DNA from: Squalus acanthias
Lineage: Eukaryota
Assembly: GCA_030390025.1 (NCBI GenBank)
Contig: CM059431.1
Coordinates: 97,342,001-97,406,000, forward strand
Length of the DNA: 64,000 nucleotides
Reading direction: 5' to 3'
The translations under genes were made by a program, and so were the position numbers. Positions within the stretch are counted from its first letter, which is position 1. Each line of letters begins with the position of its first letter. The notes beneath the pieces were generated by a model. It worked only from the letters and a program-made list of their open reading frames with translations. It did no database searches and was not told where the DNA came from. This document shows positions 58,531 through 64,000 of the stretch, in pieces.

Positions 58531-59484
58531 TTAGTTTAAAGCCCTCTCTACAGCCCTAGTTATATGATCCGCCAGGACTCTAGTCCCAGCACTGGCCAAG
58601 TGAAGCCCGTCCCAATGGAACAGCTCCCTCCTGCCCCAGTACTGGTGCCAGTGTCCCAGGAAGCAAAACCCATTTCTCCCACACCAGTCTTTGAGCCACT
58701 CATTTCACTCTCTAATTTTATTTGTCCTAGCCAAATTCGCTCGTGGCTCAGGTAATAATCCAGAGATTATTACCCTTGAGGTTCTGTTTTTTAATTTGAC
58801 CCCTAGCTGCTCATACTCCTTTAACAGAACCGGCTTCCTTGTCCTATCTACGTCGTTTGTACCAACATGGACCACGACAACTGGATCCACCCCCTCCCAC
58901 TGCAAGTTTCTTTCCAGCCCAGAGGAGATGTCCTTAACCCTGGCACCGGGCATGCAACACAGCCTACTGGACTCTCACTCTCGGCTGCAGAGAACTCTAT
59001 CTATCCCCCTAATAATACTATCCCCTACCACTACAACATTTCTATTTACTCCCCCCTCTTGAATGGCCCCCCATTCCACGGTGCTGTGGCCAGGTTGCTC
59101 ATCCTCCCTGCAGTCCCTGCTCCTGTCCCCACAGGGAGTAAGAACCTCGAACCTGTTGGACAAGAGCAAGGGCTGCGGCTCCTCCAACACTACCTCCTGG
59201 ATGGCCGTACCTGCCTCACTCGTAGTCACACCATCCTGTCCCTGACCATGGGCTACATCTGAATTAATTAACTTCATAGGTGTGACCACCTCCTGAAACA
59301 CAGAGTCCAGGTACTTCTCCCCCTCCCTGATGTGTCGCAGTGACCGAAGCTCAGACTCCAGCTCATCAACACGGAGCTGGAGTTCCTGTAGCAGCAGACA
59401 CTTGTCACAGATGTAATCACCGTGAGCCTCAATGGGGTCCACCGGCTCCCACATCTCGCAACAGTAACACATCACCTGCTCCAT
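58531..59484 (-). pseudogene. CR1 ORF1 (zinc finger / leucine zipper plus SGNH esterase), two in-frame stops
   Basis: CYCCEMW..YICDKC, LQELQLRVDELESEL, VVGDSII, PGARVKD, HVGTND, DGLH; stops at 58975 and 58705. Confidence 0.9.
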
Positions 59485-59730
59485 TCTATGTAATTAATTT
59501 AAAAAAATGTATTGTTAGTTATGGACACTCTCTGCCCGATTATAGATGCTAGTATCCCCTCTAATTAATTGGATTTAAATTAAATCAATCCCTCTAAATT
59601 ACACCAGTTAAATGACCAACAGTCACTCTGCACCAGAAAGGCCTTATTAACTACAACCCACAGAGTTACACCCCACTCACCCGAAATCACACTAACCCAA
59701 ACTCAGCACTCTCTGCTGACTCGCACTCGC

Positions 59731-60125
59731 ATTTAAGGTGCTGTCTCTCTATATTTAAGGTGCTGTCTCTCTATATTTAAGGTGCTGTCTCTCTATATTT
59801 AAGGTGCTGTCTCTCTATATTTAAGGTGCTGTCTCTCTATATTTAAAGGTGCTGTCTCTCTATATTTAAGGTGCTGTCTCTCTATATTTAAGGTGCTGTC
59901 TCTCTATATTTAAGGTGCTGTCTCTCTATATTTAAGGTGCTGTCTCTCTATATTTAAGGTGCTGTCTCTCTATATTTAAGGTGCTGTCTCTCTATATTTA
60001 AGGTGCTGTCTCTCTATATTTAAGGTGCTGTCTCTCTATATTTAAGGTGCTGTCTCTCTATATTTAAGGTGCTGTCTCTCTATATTTAAGGTGCTGTCTC
60101 TCTATATTTAAGGTGCTGTCTCTCT
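59731..60125. repeat. 22-bp satellite block, near-perfect consensus
   Basis: About 18 tandem atatttaaggtgctgtctctct units. Confidence 0.97.
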
Positions 60126-62583
60126 GGGCTGGATTTTGAATGCCACGTGGAGTCCGGTTTGGAGGCGTGGGGGGGGGGGTTAAAGTAGCAGATTCGGGGG
60201 TCCCGACCCCATCCTGACTCCAACACGCCTCCACACAATTTTGACAAAATGGGTCGCGGGGTTTCCGACTCCGTCCCACCTCCAAGAGGCGCGAAAGGCC
60301 ATTAACGCTCTTAACTATCCCTAAAGTGGCTCAGTAATGCCATTTTGAAACATTTTAGGTACTTTAACCCTTTTCCCACGTGAAGCACGCCTGATGGGAA
60401 ACACTCCAGTGAAACCTGACAGGAGCACAAGTGGATTGCTGACTCTCAGCTGCAGCTCAACCTTTAAATAGGAGATTTGATCAGCCATCAATTGCAGGTG
60501 GCAGGACTTTGTTGAAACAGGGGAACTTTTAGAAGGCATAACCACAGCTCTGGAAGTTTGGAGCCTGACACCCATCTGCAGTGTGACCTCCTGGGATACC
60601 CCTCTCGCCCAGAATGCAAGGAACGCACTCATCTTGGCCAGATTTGCTTAGCCTAGACAATCAAGCACTTTTGCCTCGCAGCTTCTTACCAGAGCTACGA
60701 CAATGGCCCAGACCCAGCGGATCCCTAACAATGTGACCACCATACTGACAATTGCAAGTTATCCTAAGGCCTCATTGTGGAAGTCCCATTAGCGAAATGA
60801 CAGACACCACAACTGCAGCTGTAGCCATCAGAGTTTTTATTTACACTTTAGACCTGATGGCTTCTTAACAATACACATCAAAATTCACCCAAGTGACTAC
60901 CCTTGTGACTATTTGTGCAGTTTCTTTCTCTTACGCGTGCTCCTACGTGGTGCTTCCCCTGTGGCTTCAGCAGAAGTGGAGGCCCCCTGCTCACTTTGTT
61001 GCTCCTCCTGTCTCGACTCCTTTGGCGGGCGTCCGCTGGGGTTGCGAACCTGAGAGGGCTCGGCAACAGTCTGCTGCTCCTGCGGCTGCGCAGGGGTTGA
61101 GACGCTGATCTCACTTGGGTGCGGACTCTGGTGGGGCTCTGAGCGAGGACCTGTCAGTGGCATGGAAGTGGGAGCGCTTGGAGAGGAGCCCCCACCAACA
61201 TCCCTCTCATGGGTCAGGTCCACCTCAGCGCTTGCAAGTGGCTTGAGAGCACCTTGCTGCACATCAGGGGGGCCATGGGGACCCGTCTCTGCACTGGAAG
61301 TCCTACTCAGAAGGCCTTCCATGAAGGTCTGGTTTCTCTGTTCAATAGATGACCATCGCTCCTCCAGAGATGTCATTCTAATCAGAACAATGACCATGTT
61401 TTCTGCACTCTGGCGACTTATCACCTCTATGGAGGTTGCCATCCTTTCCATGGTGATGCGTTCATGCGCCAATGACTCCACAAAGGCTCTGCTCATGTTC
61501 GCTATGGACTCCTCCATTCGCTCCACACTCGCAGCGACCCTGGAGATAAAACCTGTCAGAGACTCCTGCATCTGTTCCTGGAGTCCCAGCACTGCTGATC
61601 TGATGGATGGCCCCAGAGGCAGAGGGTCGACATGCAGCTGAGCCGAGCTAGGACAGTCCTGCGCCCTCCGACTAGGACTCTCCACTGCTGTCCCTGTCTC
61701 CACCATCTGCTGATGCTCACTTGTGAGCTGTGATACACCAGGTGACAACACTACTCCTTGTCCCGAGGGTCCCACTGAGGTGTGAGTGTCTGCGCTGGTG
61801 CTGGGTGCGCTTAGTTCTGCTGACGCTGCGCCCTCAGAGGTTGCAGCTTCCTCTGATGAGTCTGTCTGCTCAGGCTGGTCCTCCTGGCTAGTGGGAACGG
61901 GTGCTTGTGATGGTCCTGTGGGGGAGTAAAGGAAAGAGTCAGAGATGTGATGCCAAGGTTACATGCACATTGCAAGTTGCAGATGATCATAAATCCATCT
62001 GTTAGAGCTTCAGATTCATTATCAGCGACTCATGCAATGTCAATGAGAGAGATGGAACACTATTCAGTCACCAGCTTGCTCTGCTGCACCCGTCTGTCCG
62101 TCCCCCACTTGCGTTTCCTCCTGGACGCCCACGATCTCCAGGACCGCCTCCTCCCAGGGGGTGAGCTGGGCTAAGGAGGGTGGGCCTCCTCCTGTCCTGG
62201 CTCTTTCTCTTTTATTGTGAGCTCTCTTTTCCTGCAATGAGGGAGACAAGTGGAGTTTGAGTGAGATTGAAGGAGTGAGTGTAGAGAGTCCATAGCATAG
62301 ATGCTCAGAAGGAGACAAAGATGGAGTGAGGTGGCAAGACCAAGGGCCCTCCCTGTGTGTTGTAAGTTGTTTTCATAGCATGACAGTGATAGGGAGTGTG
62401 AGGGCTGCATAGTGGAATAGTAAGGTGAATATGACCATAGAGGGAGAGGGAATGGGTAAGGGTGCATGGATGTCAGTGTCAAGTGGGATATGGAGGAAGA
62501 GGTTGCTAAAGCTGAGTGCTGGTGAGGAGAGGCAATGGGGATCAGATTGAGGGTGAAGGGAAAGTCATGCTCACTTTAGCAGT
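60126..62583. mobile_element. Second probable Harbinger-type element (left part); no transposase visible
   Basis: Begins GGGCTGGATTTT at the satellite boundary and contains exons homologous in layout to the Myb/SANT gene; other end is outside the window. Confidence 0.6.
60909..62583 (-). pseudogene. Harbinger Myb/SANT-like gene, exons 2-3 (62231-62072, 61915-60909); exon 1 cut by LTR insertion
   Basis: EKRAHNKRERARTGGGPP exon, GT-AG sites with the same phases as the 48444-50263 gene, C-terminal PRRSTRKRK; 9 nt of exon 1 (62575-62583) remain before donor gtgagc. Confidence 0.75.
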
Positions 62584-64000
62584 TGTAAGGGATTCTGACC
62601 CTGCGTGTCTCGCAGCCTGTGAGATTCACGCGGCTCTGTGCAGCCTGTATGTCAGTGCGGGTCTAGGCCTTGTTGCCTGTTCTGGTCTCCAGCCAGTCTG
62701 GGAACACTAGACACACCTGTGAGTGGTTCGAATCACTCGCCCTTACGGTTCTAGACACTGGACTTAGATGCGAGAGCAGTAATGGAGATGAAACTCATGT
62801 AGACTCGGTTGAATGGTACGAAATGGAAAATCTTTATTGCATGATACTTAAGATTATGAAATACATGTCATAAGCACAGATTAATGACAGTACAATCTTA
62901 CAAGCAGTTATATAGTCGATCTTAGGGAAACGAGGAACGAACGGCACATAGTAAATAGGGGCACACATTACAAATATCCTTAATCCTTAAACCCTCCCCT
63001 ATCAATATCTATCCTAACTAGATTCGTAGGATTTCGAGACTCATGCTCACCACTCGTGATAACTCGGAGAAATTCCGAATAGCTGATCGGATGTTTTTCA
63101 CCGCAGCACCCACGTGTCGGTCAGGAGATCTCCTGGTCCCACTTGTTTACTTGCTTCTGCTGCTCCGGCTAGCAGGCTGGACCGTCTGCTGTGATGAAGA
63201 CCTGTGTTGGTTGGTTTAACAGGTACTTTCCGAGCACAGTTGTCAATATCATCGATGTGATATGTTCTTTGCAAGTTCGAAGAAGTCTTCCTGGCAAGGA
63301 AAACTTGGCTATTCGACCTACAGGCGCGGTCGGGATTTACTGACCGTGGCGATGGATATGGTCTTCCTCTCTTCTCATCTCATCTCATCTCATCTCATCT
63401 CGGGCCTTTGGTTCCGCTGCCAGTTACCAACATAGGTCTTCGTTACGCGACACGAGGTAGATCCGAATGGATCAGAAAGTTCAACAGTCTTTTTCAAAAA
63501 GGCAACAGGCAAGCAGGAGCCCGACTACGAGTACACAGGAGCAGCCACGATGATAAGAGTCGATCGGATAAGAGAAAGATGGACGGTTTGGAGCCTGCAA
63601 TTATAGTGCAAAATCTTCCGTTTCCCGCCCAACTATAATGTCCATTCTTTTGTTTAGGGTCTGGCGCTCAAATGTCTTGTATGGGTGATCTCCGTTCTTA
63701 ATGGGTTTCGGGGCTACTCGTAAATGTCTGAGTACCTGTTAATATTTCTCCCATTGTTAAATCGGTCGGTGTTCTCCCTGGAGGGGTTTTGGGGCTTCCA
63801 AGTGTTTTGTATAACTACCTGCTAACGGCTCTCTCATCGTAGAGTCGTTGGGATTTTACATATTAATGTCTTTTGGATGGGCCCTTGATTACTCGGTACA
63901 ATAGCTTTCATTCGTACCTGGGAGACCGATTTCAGTATTTATGTGTATACTGCAAACCCATAATGTCTCGTGTATTATCTTCACTGTGCTGAATCTTAAT
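62584..64000 (-). mobile_element. LTR of the same subfamily as the solo LTR at 25656-27308 (solo or 3' LTR; cut by window edge)
   Basis: Starts tgtaagggattctgacc; near-identical reverse complement of 27308 down to ~25860; no PBS adjacent. Confidence 0.95.

Larger units (their letters stand above)
57111..59730 (-). mobile_element. CR1 LINE 5' half (5' UTR, ORF1, endonuclease of ORF2), 3'-truncated
   Basis: ORF1 followed by APE domain; stops abruptly in the linker before RT; satellite on both sides. Confidence 0.92.

Overview
Eukaryotic, repeat-saturated window with no host gene; the SINE/LINE content suggests a cartilaginous fish (inference). Left: CR1-group LINE fragments, a tRNA-headed Deu-domain SINE and a >15.7 kb 15-bp satellite that runs into a 500-N gap. 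Centre (19988-33302, minus strand): a near-complete LTR retroelement with 1.7 kb LTRs and a tRNA-Arg-like PBS. Its gag and pol are in one frame, separated by a CAA-TGA-CTAG readthrough-type stop. Pol has a degenerate tether RNase H plus a second retrovirus-type RNase H, and env resembles a Mononegavirales F-like class I fusion protein, i.e. a lokiretrovirus-like architecture. The env also carries an apparent N-terminal immunoglobulin domain, the most unusual feature here. A sister-subfamily solo LTR interrupts pol. Right (33303-64000): a 22-bp satellite broken up by nested insertions: Penelope-like elements with minimal hammerhead ribozymes (two as palindromic remnants), a PIF/Harbinger transposon with an intact 3-exon Myb/SANT gene and an inverted deletion derivative, three CR1 LINEs, and a second Harbinger hit by another copy of the LTR. 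All family assignments are by motif recognition; no searches were run.
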